Positions 32,025-43,322 of a DNA stretch of 64,000 nucleotides are shown piece after piece. The notes below the pieces were generated by a model. It ran no database searches, was not told where the DNA came from, and worked only from the letters and a program-made list of their open reading frames with translations. The position numbers and the translations under genes were made by a program. Source of the stretch: Plasmodiophora brassicae (lineage: Eukaryota); assembly GCA_036867785.1 (NCBI GenBank), contig CP145414.1, positions 310,001-374,000 of the forward strand. The letters run 5' to 3'. Every line of letters starts with the position of its first letter. The first letter of the stretch is position 1.

Positions 32025-34572
32025 CTACCCGAACAGCACCAACGTGCGCTTCTTGGACGATTTCTGTTGCCGTCTAGACGGCCTGGCGTCGTCCGCTCTG
32101 TGAAATTCCGGGTCAGGTCGCAACGAGCTTTTCCGTTCACAGCCGGCAGCGATGTGCTGGTACAGGACGGCAATGTAGTCGACGAGAACGTACAGGTCAG
32201 TGGATGGCGCGATCGTCAGGGCCCGCAGGACACGTTGCCGAACGCTGTCGTAGTCGTTCTGGGCGGTCCGGAACAGGTTCTGCAACTGCGTCATCGTCTG
32301 GATCGACAGGTCGATGCCGTTGAGCGGGTACCCAATATCCAGATCGACCATCTTCAGCGACCGGGCCGTGTTCCTCGTTCGTCGTAGCATGGCGGGCGTC
32401 ACCGGGATGCCCTCCTCGGACGACAGACGATCCTGAAGCATGCCGAGGCAGTCGTTCGCGAACGCAGCGAAGAACTGGAGACGTTTCCGAACAACAGGCG
32501 GGACAAGGAGCGTGTCGGGCGCGACCTCGGAGACCGGGCCGACGAGGTCGCTCCACCGATGCAGCGGTCCAGCGGATGGGGTCGCATCGCCGTTCAGCGA
32601 TAACGAACTTAACGAAGGGAACGCTTCCTCCGTTGGTGGGACGATGACGGGTGCTGACGACGCCGGACTGGGACGCGATTGTTGTGATTGATGTTGCCGT
32701 TGTTGTTGCTGCTGCTGCTGCTGCTGCTGGTGGTGCTGTGGTTGTTGTCTCGCTTGGGGACCTTGTGCGACGGCGAGCAGGGCGCGCTTGTGTCCAGGGT
32801 GATCAGCGGGCATCAAGGCGACCATCTCGTTGAAGATCTGCTTCGATTCGGGACTCATCCCGAATATGTCGATGAACGCGTCGAAGAAGGACGCCGTCGA
32901 TTCCTGGTCGCCGCTTGACGCCAGGTACCGTTTCGCCATCTTCTTGAACTCGCGGACCCGCCCATCGTCCCCCCTAAGCGCCTGCTTCATCCTTGCGGTT
33001 AAGGCAACGTTTCGCGCCGACGCGGCTTCCGGTTTGACGACCGCGGGTGCTCGTTCGGGACCGTTGCGAACCCAAGAGGGGGCGGCGACCGGTTGCCGAG
33101 CGGCCCCTCGCGCTGAAGGCGCGGAACGGCGAGGGCCAACCGCCTCTTCAAGCGTTGGGAACGCTTCGTCAGTGGGCGCTCCACTGGAGGATCGAAGACC
33201 AGCCCACGCGAACCCGGCCATCGAAGTGGACGTTGATGAGGATGTGGTGGCTTGCGGGAACTGCTCCAGGTCGTGCAGAGCAATCACAGGCTCGGGAGGA
33301 GGGTTAGGTGCCGCCGCCGCGACGGCTGGATCTGGAGTACGCCGCCCTCCCGCGTCGGCATTCGGCATCCGATAGTTCAGCTCCACTGGGACAACGATAT
33401 CAACACTAAGAAGCTCACGCCCAAAGCATGGACGTACCTTGCACGTTGCCCATTGCACGTCGTTCCTTTTGTGTCAGGTTCGCACTGTGCACCTGTAGAC
33501 GGTGTGCTTGCAGACCGACTTCGCTCGCGAACACAACGTACCTCGCCTTGAGGCACTCGTCGTCGTCGCACAGATAGTGGTGCTTTCTGAAATGCTGCTC
33601 CAACCTATGCGCACGTTCCCGTCAGAGTCACGGCGGGACAGTAACCAATGGATGGCGCGCCGACTCTTTGTACGTTCTCTCGTATCGGTGCTTCTCGGTC
33701 GAACTTCGGCAGAAATGACAGTGGTAATGGTCATGCTCCATGTGGTAGTAGATTTCATCTGGGCCATAGAATGCGATGCGGCAGAACTGGCAGACAGGGT
33801 GTGGATCCATGCCAGGTTCGCGACCTTGCCCTTTGCGACCGTGCTTCATGTGGCTCTTCATCTCTAGAGGACGTGTCAGTACACGGAACCGAACGTCTAA
33901 CAAGCGTACAACCGGGATACCATCCTCTGTATACAGCTGCATCTCGCCGACGAACGTCTTCCGATGCTGAGCACAAACCTAATCGATCGTCAGGATACGG
34001 TAGCGCAACATGATGATACAGGTTTCTCCAATACCATGCAGAACATGAGTTTGTGGTCTCGGCGAAGGTGGGCCTGTAACTTTTCGAGTGTGAGAAAGTT
34101 CGCTTTCACACCGTTCTTGTCGCAGATAACGCAGTGACACGTCAGCAGCTTGTTGTAGTTGGCAGCCTGCAAAGAAACTGTAAGCGCCCGACGCTAGACG
34201 CGACAGGGTGTGTCATGGACAACCAGTTCTCGTGACGTTGCACTAGCTTTTATACTCGGGATCGGGATCAACGACGCGTTGGAGTACGAAGTGAACGGCC
34301 GCGCTTTTGCCGCTGCATCAAAGATGACATCGGACCATTCTGATTTGCCTAGGTAGCAGTACAAATAAGGGCAGGGTACTGCCGAGCGGGACGGCAACCC
34401 TACAGAATGGACAACGACGCGGGTCGCCGCAGTACCGGGTGATCTTCACGGCACACGTGGCGCAGACCAGCCGATCGTGCGCGCATGGCACAACCGCAAC
34501 ATCGACCAACGGAAACACGCAGATCAGGCAGGATTTCGACGACGCATCGTCGGCCGGCAGCTCGGTCGTCAT
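32025..34572 (-). CDS. ZNF598: E3 ubiquitin ligase ZNF598/Hel2 (ribosome quality control)
   Basis: N-terminal RING CLIC..PCAH..CATC..CPFCR, HPVCQFC..HMEHDHYHCHFC, HFRKHHYLCDDDEC..VVFASEVGLQAH, EAFPTL/EAFPSL motifs. Multi-exon. Confidence 0.85.
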
Positions 34573-34734
34573 CGGCGCCGGCTTCGTCGATCGTGCGCTC
34601 GCGTCCGAGTCGCTCTGACCTCGGACACTTCTCCGGACTCCGTACGTCGAGTGCTACAGGGAGCTGCGGGAACGCGTGCGTTCGCCATATCTGGACATTC
34701 TAGTTGACCTGACGCCTTTCAAATATGTGACAGT

Positions 34735-35673
34735 TTATTGCATTGTTTCGGCTGGCTCGTGTTCGACAAATTCGGACACAATTTTGTCAGCCAATGGAAC
34801 TGCATACGGCGGCTTATTCGCCGCGAGCTCCCACAGCACGAACCGACCCGACGTCGCCGAATTGACCCCCACTTTTTTCCATGTCGACGTGTCGGGGTTG
34901 ACAGGAATGGGGAGTCTTATGCGAAATGTCGTTCGGGGCGCCTGACTGTACGATGGACGGTGGTGCGCGAGTTCTTCATCGAGCGCATTCAGGCGTCCGT
35001 AGTATGTCTGCGGTTCGTCCGTCGATGCCCAAGTCGCGCACATGACCTGGGGTGAGAATAACGCAGTCGGCCAGCCATAGGAAATGATGGCGGTCTGGGC
35101 GTCGTCCTCATCTAGATCGACATGGACGTCCTTGGCGTCGGGAATGCCGAACATCCCCGCACAGATGACCACGCGGTCCGTCTTTGTCGCTGCATCCCGG
35201 TAGACGGCGGCAAACACGGGAGGATTGTCGATATCCACGGCGGTACGGGTCTCCGACTCGCTGGGCAGAGCAAGCTTGTACCTCTTCCGACTGCTTTTTG
35301 AATCCGAGTCATCGCCATTGGATTCATCATTGTCCTCGCTCTTGTCTTCTGGCGCGCTTGTATCACCTCCTTCATTGTCGCCTTCTTTGCCTTCTTCAGA
35401 CGAGCGCACTGGAGTACATATTAGAATAAATAAACGTAATGGTGTACGTTGCTTACGGAAAGTGCCCTGCTTCAGCTTCGTCTCGTTAAAATGACGCCGG
35501 AACTTGTCCATGGTGTACGCCTGGAAATCTGGATACTTATTGTATACGTCCTGCGGCCGAGTCGTCGAGGTTATCGTCCCGTCGGCGCAAAGCCTGTCCA
35601 GCAGTCGTTGCGCCGCAGACTTCTGGGTCCAACGCTTCATTTTAGGGTGTGTCGCGTTCTCACGTTGCAACAT
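34735..35673 (-). CDS. Harbinger accessory protein (copy 2)
   Basis: Identical translation to 22019-22957. Confidence 0.7.
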   Translation of the reverse strand: MLQRENATHPKMKRWTQKSAAQRLLDRLCADGTITSTTRPQDVYNKYPDFQAYTMDKFRRHFNETKLKQGTFRKQRTPLRLFILICTPVRSSEEGKEGDNEGGDTSAPEDKSEDNDESNGDDSDSKSSRKRYKLALPSESETRTAVDIDNPPVFAAVYRDAATKTDRVVICAGMFGIPDAKDVHVDLDEDDAQTAIISYGWPTALFSPQVMCATWASTDEPQTYYGRLNALDEELAHHRPSYSQAPRTTFRIRLPIPVNPDTSTWKKVGVNSATSGRFVLWELAANKPPYAVPLADKIVSEFVEHEPAETMQ

Positions 35674-36320
35674 CGGTCACCAGATGTTTCAACGCAGTTC
35701 TCCCTCCGTTCGTCTAATTGGGCCCCGTTTCGGATTGGGCCCCCTTCGTCGGGTCGGGCGACCCCCTCGTCGGATCTGGCACCCGGCATCCCGTTTGTCG
35801 GATCGGGGCTCTACGCCAATGACGTATTTGGCGGGAAGGCAATCGACGGCTTTTGCAGCACGCCAAATACGTCATTGGCGCCTGTAACGTAACGCAGGAA
35901 CGTCTACTCATACAACTTCTCCGTCATACCCTGTGTGGCCGATACGGTCTATGACCTGGTTAGCGAGTAAGTTAACACACCATATCGTGAACACCTTATA
36001 CGTACCCTGCGGAATCGATAATGAAGGATTTCTCTTGAAATGCGGGCATTTGAACTTGAACATTATGCCGGTGCCCCGACCATTTGTGAACCTGATTATA
36101 ACACAGCCATTTATGTGGAACACAATTAGTCACGATTGAAAGAAAGTCGAATGTACGTAGCAGCCGGCAACTATCAAAGAAGAAGATATCGCGAAGCTAT
36201 AGACGAGATATTGGCACTGGAATTGGTGTAGTACCGACGTTTCATCAACCTACGGACGTTTTGCATGGCGCCAAAGTCGTATTTGGCGTCAAGCCAAACG
36301 TCAACATTGGCCGCACGCAA

Positions 36321-37232
36321 ATGTCGACTTTGGCGGAGGCTGCCACAGCCGACGACTTCTGGGCGTTGGGACATACCCTGACCCGGCATCGGGTATCGCA
36401 TGGGAGAGCCACCGGGCATCGTCGGTTCCGGGCGATGTTTGGTGTTTCCCCAGACGTTTGCTCTCTGCTGTGGGCATTATTGCGAGGTGACCTGCCGCAA
36501 ACAGCGAAGCCGATTCACTTATTGTGGTCGCTTCTGTTCTTAAAACGGTACGATACTGAGCACATCAACCGAGCAATAACGGGAGCCGATGAAAAAACGT
36601 TCCGGAAATGGGTATGGGCGTTCATACAGCGGCTTGCCAATCTTGCAGTGGTATTATTCGCATACAACTGGCATGTTTAATTCGTGGTTGACCTGTGCAT
36701 TCAGATCCAATGGAAAGACCGCTTCGCCGGTGCTCCAAGGCATTGCAATTGTTTCGTGTCTTTGGACGCGACTGATTGCCCCATACAGGAGCCGTCGCCG
36801 TTCGATCGAAAATGGTATTCCCACAAAACCAATGGGCCAGGGGTCCGGTACGAGGTTGGCATATGTATTAGAACTGGTCGAATTGTCTGGGTCTCCGGGG
36901 GTGTTCCTTGTGGTGATTGGCCCGACCTAAAGCTGGCACGGTTCGGTTACCTGGCACATGTTCGCCAAGGGGAAGTAACGATTGCGGACAAAGGTTACCG
37001 TGATCGTGGCTTTTTCAAGTGGCCTGAAGATGATGATCCAATGAACACCATAATCAAACGCATTTTGGCCCGACACGAAACGGTCAACAAGCGTCTGAAG
37101 GTGTTCGAAGTGCTGAACCAGCCGTTCCGACATCCGCGCTATCGCCATCCGCAATGCATGCATGCGGTCGCCAACGTTGTGCAAATGATGCTGCAGAACG
37201 GCGAACCATTATTTAGTGTCCAACCAGTATGA
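36321..37232 (+). CDS. Harbinger transposase (copy 2)
   Basis: Identical translation to copy 1. Confidence 0.88.
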
Positions 37233-37536
37233 TCCCACAGCATATGCATCGATCACCACTGAGCATATGGCGCATATTCCCCAACATTTTGTTAAACGCT
37301 TTCAGTTCAACGCGCCAGCAGCTTTGCCAGCTCTCGTATATGGAAATTACTACCGGGTGTTACTAAGTCCATACTCTACGATGTCACAAGGATGCAGATT
37401 TATTATCATTGTTGGGTTCTGATCAATTATTGTTATTGGTAGCAGATTTCGTAATGTATGACGGTTCCCGCAGCTCCCAGGAACCGACAACGTCCCCGGC
37501 GGGATCCTTTTCGTCCACGACGAGGCCCCGCGTCTC

Positions 37537-39894
37537 CTATCGCATTCGTCGCATATGGCCGTGCTGAACACGTGCGCCCAAGTCGGGTATGTCGACGGAT
37601 CTGGTGATGCTTGATGCGGCCAGAACTGGCACGTCTGCAATCGCTGTGATCAAGTGCTCGGTGACGATGAGCCGCTTGCTCGCCGATCGGCGTTGGAGCA
37701 CGATGGCAATGCAGGCGAGCATGCCGAAGAATGTGAACGCGCACCCAGTGACAATTAATGCAACGTTTTCGATGTGGGAGGCGTCGGATGCACCGACGAC
37801 CGTTGCGTGCTTGTTGCTTGGAGGCAGTGACGCTCCAAGGTTCACGTTGTTCTGGACCTTAATGAAGTAGATCTTGACGGTTCCGACCGTTCTCGGAAGG
37901 CTGTTATCCTGCAAATAGTTCCCGGCCTTGAAGTAGACGTTGTGCGTTGCCCAGGACGACGCGTTCATCGTGTATGTCTCGGTATAACCATTGAGCATGC
38001 AGGTGACGATGTTCGCGTTTACCTCGATACTGTACGAATATTTCTGCCCAAAGGGCGCAGCGTATCGTCCTCTAGCTGGCGATACAATTCCCAGGTTCTC
38101 CTTCACCGACGCAAATAGGACACCGCCCCGTTTCGGATCATTGTACCAGTAAACCTTGACGGCTTCGCTGCCGTCATCATAGCCATGGATCTGCCCGATA
38201 ATCATTCGGCCCGTGTAGGACAGGGCAGCGACTCGCCCCGTCACTTCCAGACGGTTGGACAGCATGGGCGTCGAGCGGCGGTCAAACCAAAAGTCGACCT
38301 TGTGGCGTAGCTCGGTTCGAGGATAATGTGACCCTTCCGTCGTGTTGCCGTCAGACGGTGTCGAGAACGACATGGCGCCATCGACCGGGTCTGTGAAGAA
38401 GTTGTCGGAGTCGTTCCAGCCGATCGGGCTGTAGCCGATCTGAACTGGTGATATTGCCAGCTGCAATGTGAACTGAGACAGGTTGAAGTTCCCCGAGGGC
38501 GGTGACCTGGGGTCCAAGAAAGGCATGTCTGACGTTGACGTCGCTGCTGTCGGCATGGCAGTTGTCCTCACAGCTGGCGCCAGCCTAGGTAGCGTGGTCG
38601 CCCACGATGCGGACGACGTACCGCTGGAAGGTGCAGATGGCATCCTGATCCTGGATGCAGAAGACTCTCTGGTCGGCTGTACAGAAACGAGTTTAGGCTG
38701 CGGTCCAGAAAGTGTTATGGTTGCCGGTACAGGTTGCGCTCTAGACGGTGCTGCAGAACGTGTCCTCGTCGGCGGTGGAGAAGTTCTCCTGGTACGCGTG
38801 AGGGAAGGCGTTCTGCCACCCGGTGGGAAACGTGTTCTGGTCGACGGTGGAGAAAGTATTCTATATGTCAGAGATGCAGACGGTGCTCTGACCGATGCCA
38901 ATACAGACGGTGTTCGTGTCGGCGGTGCAGAAGGAGTTCTGGACGGTGGTGACGATGGCGTCCTGGTCGGTGGCGCAGACCGTGCTTTGAGCGGCGTAGA
39001 CCTTCTTGTCAGCGGTGGAGAAGGTGCTCTTGGTGTAAACGGTGTTTCGGTAGTCGGTGGTGGAGATGGCTTCTCGGTTGCTAGGGCCGGTGTTGTGGTG
39101 CTGATTGCCTTGAGGCTGGCATTGCTCTGGACCCTGATGGAGTAGATCTTGACGGTTCCGATCGTTCTCGGAAGGCTGTTGTCCTGCAAATAGTTCCCGG
39201 CCTTGAAGTAGACGTTGTGCGTTGCCCAGGACGACGCGTTCATCATGTATGTCTCGGTATAACCATTGAGCATGCAGGTGACGATGTTCGCGTTCACCTC
39301 GATACTGTACGAATATTGCTGCCCAAACGGCGCAGCGTATCGTCCTCTAGCTGGCGATACAACTCCCAGATTCTCCTTCACCGACGCATATAGGACACCG
39401 CCCCGTTTCGGATCATTGAACCAGTAAATCTTGACGGCTTCGCTGCCGTCGTCATAGCCATGGATCTGCCCGATAATCATTCGGCCCGTGTATGACAGGG
39501 CAGCGACTCGCCCCGTCACTTCCAGACGGTTGGACAGCATTGGCGTCGAGCGGCGGTCAAACCAAAAGTCGACCTTGTGGCGTAGCTCGGTTCGAGGATA
39601 ATGTGACCCTTCCGTCGTGTTGCCGTCAGACGGCGTCGAGAACGACATGGCGCCATCGACCGGGTCTGTGAAGAAGTTGGCGGAGTCGTTCCAGCCGACC
39701 GGGCTGTACCCGATTTGAATGGGTGATATCGCCAGCTGCAACGTGAACTGGGACAGGTTGAAGTTCCCCGAGGGCGGCAACCTGGGGTCCAGGTTTTGCG
39801 CGCCTACCAGTCCAAAGTGCGGCGCGATCGCAGTCAGAGCCAGCACAACGCTGATCTGGACGCGAGGCTTTTGCTGCGAGAGCCTGGACGACAT
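37537..39894 (-). CDS. Tandem polysaccharide lyase family 7 (alginate/polyuronate lyase) with signal peptide, Pro/Thr/Ser linker and C-terminal TM
   Basis: Two domains, each with YPRTELR, IIGQIH and YFKAGNYLQ. N-terminal VQISVVLALTAIAPHFGLVGA. C-terminal VALIVTGCAFTFFGMLACIAIVL. Confidence 0.88.
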   Translation of the reverse strand: MSSRLSQQKPRVQISVVLALTAIAPHFGLVGAQNLDPRLPPSGNFNLSQFTLQLAISPIQIGYSPVGWNDSANFFTDPVDGAMSFSTPSDGNTTEGSHYPRTELRHKVDFWFDRRSTPMLSNRLEVTGRVAALSYTGRMIIGQIHGYDDGSEAVKIYWFNDPKRGGVLYASVKENLGVVSPARGRYAAPFGQQYSYSIEVNANIVTCMLNGYTETYMMNASSWATHNVYFKAGNYLQDNSLPRTIGTVKIYSIRVQSNASLKAISTTTPALATEKPSPPPTTETPFTPRAPSPPLTRRSTPLKARSAPPTRTPSSPPSRTPSAPPTRTPSVLASVRAPSASLTYRILSPPSTRTRFPPGGRTPSLTRTRRTSPPPTRTRSAAPSRAQPVPATITLSGPQPKLVSVQPTRESSASRIRMPSAPSSGTSSASWATTLPRLAPAVRTTAMPTAATSTSDMPFLDPRSPPSGNFNLSQFTLQLAISPVQIGYSPIGWNDSDNFFTDPVDGAMSFSTPSDGNTTEGSHYPRTELRHKVDFWFDRRSTPMLSNRLEVTGRVAALSYTGRMIIGQIHGYDDGSEAVKVYWYNDPKRGGVLFASVKENLGIVSPARGRYAAPFGQKYSYSIEVNANIVTCMLNGYTETYTMNASSWATHNVYFKAGNYLQDNSLPRTVGTVKIYFIKVQNNVNLGASLPPSNKHATVVGASDASHIENVALIVTGCAFTFFGMLACIAIVLQRRSASKRLIVTEHLITAIADVPVLAASSITRSVDIPDLGARVQHGHMRRMR

Positions 39895-40225
39895 GACATT
39901 GGAGGGTGATAGAAATAGATCATGCCGAGCGTACCAAATATCTGCTACGCTGTGCTGTAACTCATGGCGGAAACGGTATAGAGGACGCTGTACGTCGTTC
40001 AATCGACAAAGGACGATACGCGGGTCCCTCGAATTTACAGGCAACATAAATAATGTCATCGTCCACAAGACGGCAGCCTGGCGCTGGCCTCGTTGTCTGC
40101 TGGACGCCGAATCCAGGCAGCCACCTATAATCCTCCACACCACTAAACCGAGTGGCGTGATCGGGCCCGTAACCTGCAAGGGGTTGCGCTCAACGGGGTT
40201 GTTATATATAGTGGAGGGGGTTGCA

Positions 40226-41341
40226 CAGGCCTCATAAAAAGTGGTACGTACCACTTTTACCGTATTTAAGCTAAAAGTGGTACGGCTCTGGCCTTAAAAC
40301 TGGCTAAAAGTGGTAAGGTCCAAAAAGGGGCCCTGCAAGTCTTTTGCCCATCTTGCAGATGACTTTGGTGTGCTCGACGGCGGCTGCCACTTGGCGGAAC
40401 GACATGCCGCACGACACGTGGGAGATGGCGAGCTTGAATCGCATGTCGGTCTTGATCGTCACCGTGTAGCCGTCCTCGTCGTCGTTCACGGTGAACAGCC
40501 GCAGCGCGTGCGAACGCAGCTTCTCAATCTTACGATTGCGGTCGTGGATGCCGGCCACGTCGTCACCGTCGGCGTCAAGTTCGTGTGCCGGTCGGAACAG
40601 CATTTGGCCGATGATGACATCGACGATCTCTGTCGACACGTCGACAATGATCTCGTCGCTCTCCATGTCGAGATAGTTGAATATAAGGTTTGCGCGCGGC
40701 TGCACGTTGTCGAAGAACGCGTCCTGGTCGACGGCCGACAGGTATTCGGCCCACTTGGTGGCGTGCTGGTTCTGCAGGTGCGCGGTCATGGTATCGGCGC
40801 GGAACTTGCCCGAGTAGAACTGGTCCGTTGTGCGCGCACCGCGCTTCCGGCCGGCCGCCACGATCTCGCGGCCGAAGTACAGGCACATCTTGCATCGCGC
40901 CTCCTTGACGACGTGGCCTTCTTGGCACGTGACCTCGAGGGCGAACTTGCACGCATACGTCCTCTGCCATTTGCCACGCGACGCCATTCGACCGAGACCG
41001 GGCGCAGTGTCGGCTTTGGCTTGGTTCGCAAGCAAGACGCAAACCTACCTCCACTACTCTCCACTCTCCACTCTCCAGAAATAGTTATTCGCAGTCTGGA
41101 AGGAGCACGACGGACCCCGATCCAGCTCAGTCCAGCTCGCCAGACTCTCACCAGGTCGAAACTTGTCCGGAAAGGTCCGACAGGACTCCCAAATGTCCCT
41201 GTTGGTGTCCCTGAGGCGCATAGCGTCTGCTACAGTAGTATTGGATAGTTGTCAACACATTTCTTAAAAGTGGTACAAACCGGCCGCTAAATGTGGTCAA
41301 AGTGGCATCTATTAATAGTTTACCACTTTTTATGAGGCCTG
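40226..41341 (-). mobile_element. Non-autonomous (internally deleted) hAT DNA transposon, 1116 bp
   Basis: Perfect 21-bp TIRs CAGGCCTCATAAAAAGTGGTA, 8-bp TSD GGGTTGCA (40218-25 / 41342-49), subterminal AAAAGTGGTA repeats. Confidence 0.92.
40304..40987 (-). pseudogene. Truncated hAT transposase (N-terminal zinc-finger region only)
   Basis: CKMCLYFGRE..HLQNQHATKWAEY, CGMSFRQ. Reads directly into the subterminal region with no catalytic domain. Confidence 0.75.
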
Positions 41342-41539
41342 GGGTTGCACCTAGGAGGGAGCGGGCGAAGCGCAGCGAGCCCCGAACGACTAGTAGCCAC
41401 CTAATGCAGAAGCGCCTGCATGCATGTCATGCTTCATTTTCAGTCGTACAACGTTCATGTGGATACCGCAGCCATACAATACGGCTATCGCGTCGATATA
41501 CGTTCTGATGATATCATGCCCGTTGATGCTCTCGTCCGT

Positions 41540-41720
41540 TCATCCGTAGTCGCACCCCATGTGCATCGTTTCGATCGAGTACGAGCATCTCGATATCCAG
41601 ATCTACAGACACCTGGCTATAACCTTACAACATGGAGCCTTGTCGCCAAGAATTTGTTCAGGACACTCACCGCCAATTGCCTCACAGCAAGAACAATGGA
41701 ACGAGGCTCCCATTGTCACG
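41540..41720 (+). pseudogene. Degenerate 3' fragment of a paralog of the downstream 7TM gene
   Basis: IEYEHLDIQIYRHLAIT..WSLVAK versus RYEYAPINIQIYHLLAITWGLVAE (42949-43020), with a frameshift. Confidence 0.7.
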
Positions 41721-41793
41721 ACTAGTACGGGCAGATTCATGTCGCCGCCGTACCTGAACGAACCTCGCTTGCACCGAATCGTGGGGGACGTCC

Positions 41794-43095
41794 ATGTCTA
41801 GACGAGTCCAGCCGTGTGGCGAGGTGTCCTCCACGCCGATTACGGGCGTAGACGAGATGATCGCCATGGAACATGACATCAAGCTTGGCCCGGCGGCGGC
41901 CAGTTACATCCGGCTGCTGTTGGTCCTGGGGCTACGGTCGCCCATGGGCGCTGAACGACACTGGTGGAACCTGTTCCGTCGCGCCCTGACCGCCTTAGCC
42001 ATGTGGACAGTCGTCGTCCTGCAGCTGTGGACGATCGGATCGATCCCCTTCGACAACTTCTATTTCGCGTCCGTTGTCATCGTTCTAACCGTCATGGCCG
42101 CCATGCTGTACACGTTGCAACTGGAGAAATCGTTCCGCAACCGGGACAACCTGCTGCTCGCCATCCGGGTCAGCATTGGCGACTCGGAGGAGGCCGCCAG
42201 CGTCGCCGAGCGGTTCATCGCGAACAGCCGCAGGCCCTCCGTCATCTTTACAGCGATCGGCTTTCTCACATTCGTCGTGGTGAGTGTCACGTTCTCGACA
42301 CATGTTCGCTCGTAGTGACAAGCGCCACAGCCGATCAACTTTAACGTCCCTGAATTGCATCCGTTGTTCATGACGACGTTCCCGTTGATGCAGAACGTCG
42401 CCCTGGGCGTGTTCTCCAGCCTGATCATGGGCGTGTTCATGATTCCGACGCTACAAACGTCAATGACATCGCCCTGCATCTTCAACGTCATTCTGATGAA
42501 CAGGTTGAGAGCGCTGGACGCGCTGGTCCGGACCGGGTTGAAGGGCAGCATGACGACGAAACGGTGGAACGAGCTGATCGGCGAGATCGGCCGAGAGTAC
42601 AGTCGAATTCACGGCGCCTGCGAGATGGTGAACGCGGAGAACTCGTCGCTTCTCTTAATCATGCTTGTCGGCGGCGGCGCGAACATCATCTTTGTCCTGA
42701 GGACGCTACTTTTGGTGACACTGCCGGCCAACGTCATCAGCGTGATGGTGTTCTTCATGTTAATATCGCTGCGGTTGATGTTGTCGGTGGCGACGACGAG
42801 CGCCACAGTGGACTCACGGTCCCATCGGGTCGCGAGCTCCATAAGCCGTCTGGACCCGGGCGCCGACCAGTCCCATCTGGACGTTATCGATGACCACGAA
42901 CGGGTCGAGGTCCTCCTTATCCATCGTCGCATCCAGTCAATGCTGCATCGTTACGAGTATGCACCGATCAACATCCAGATCTACCACCTCCTGGCGATCA
43001 CCTGGGGCCTCGTCGCCGAGATCACCTCTATCGCGTTCACCGCCCTCATCGTTCTTTACAATCTTAGCACAGGGACCAGGATCGAGGGCGCTTGA
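41794..43095 (+). CDS. Gustatory-receptor-like 7TM ion-channel-superfamily protein (candidate)
   Basis: ~416 aa after splicing a 51-nt intron (42280-42330). About 7 TM segments. C-terminal INIQIYHLLAITWGLVAEITSIAFTALIVLYN resembles the GR TM7 motif. Confidence 0.6.
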
Positions 43096-43322
43096 CCGAC
43101 ATCCCTATAGCAACGATAACATGTCGGACTATACACGACCAACTGGACGTCAATAACCGAGGGATCCCTCCTTACGTGACGCCGGCAGGAGGTGGTTGGT
43201 GGCGATCATGCATATGGTGGTTGGAGACAACTGCGGGACTGCACACCCGCGACTGCAGCTGCAGGCCTGCAGCACACGCGGACTGCGTGAGATGCAGCTC
43301 GCGCACTGCGTCGCAGTCGTCG

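Larger units (their letters stand above)
34660..37477 (+). mobile_element. PIF/Harbinger DNA transposon, copy 2 (2818 bp)
   Basis: Same TIRs, TSD CAG. The only difference from copy 1 that I noticed is T23118 / G35834. Confidence 0.92.

Noticed and set aside
21944-37477. Single composite transposon carrying the 9.9-kb gene block
   Set aside because: Each copy has its own TSD (CTG/CTG and CAG/CAG), so they are independent insertions.
39895-40254. N-terminal 120 aa of the 905-aa ORF
   Set aside because: It starts at a GTG inside the hAT terminus. The signal peptide follows the ATG at 39894.
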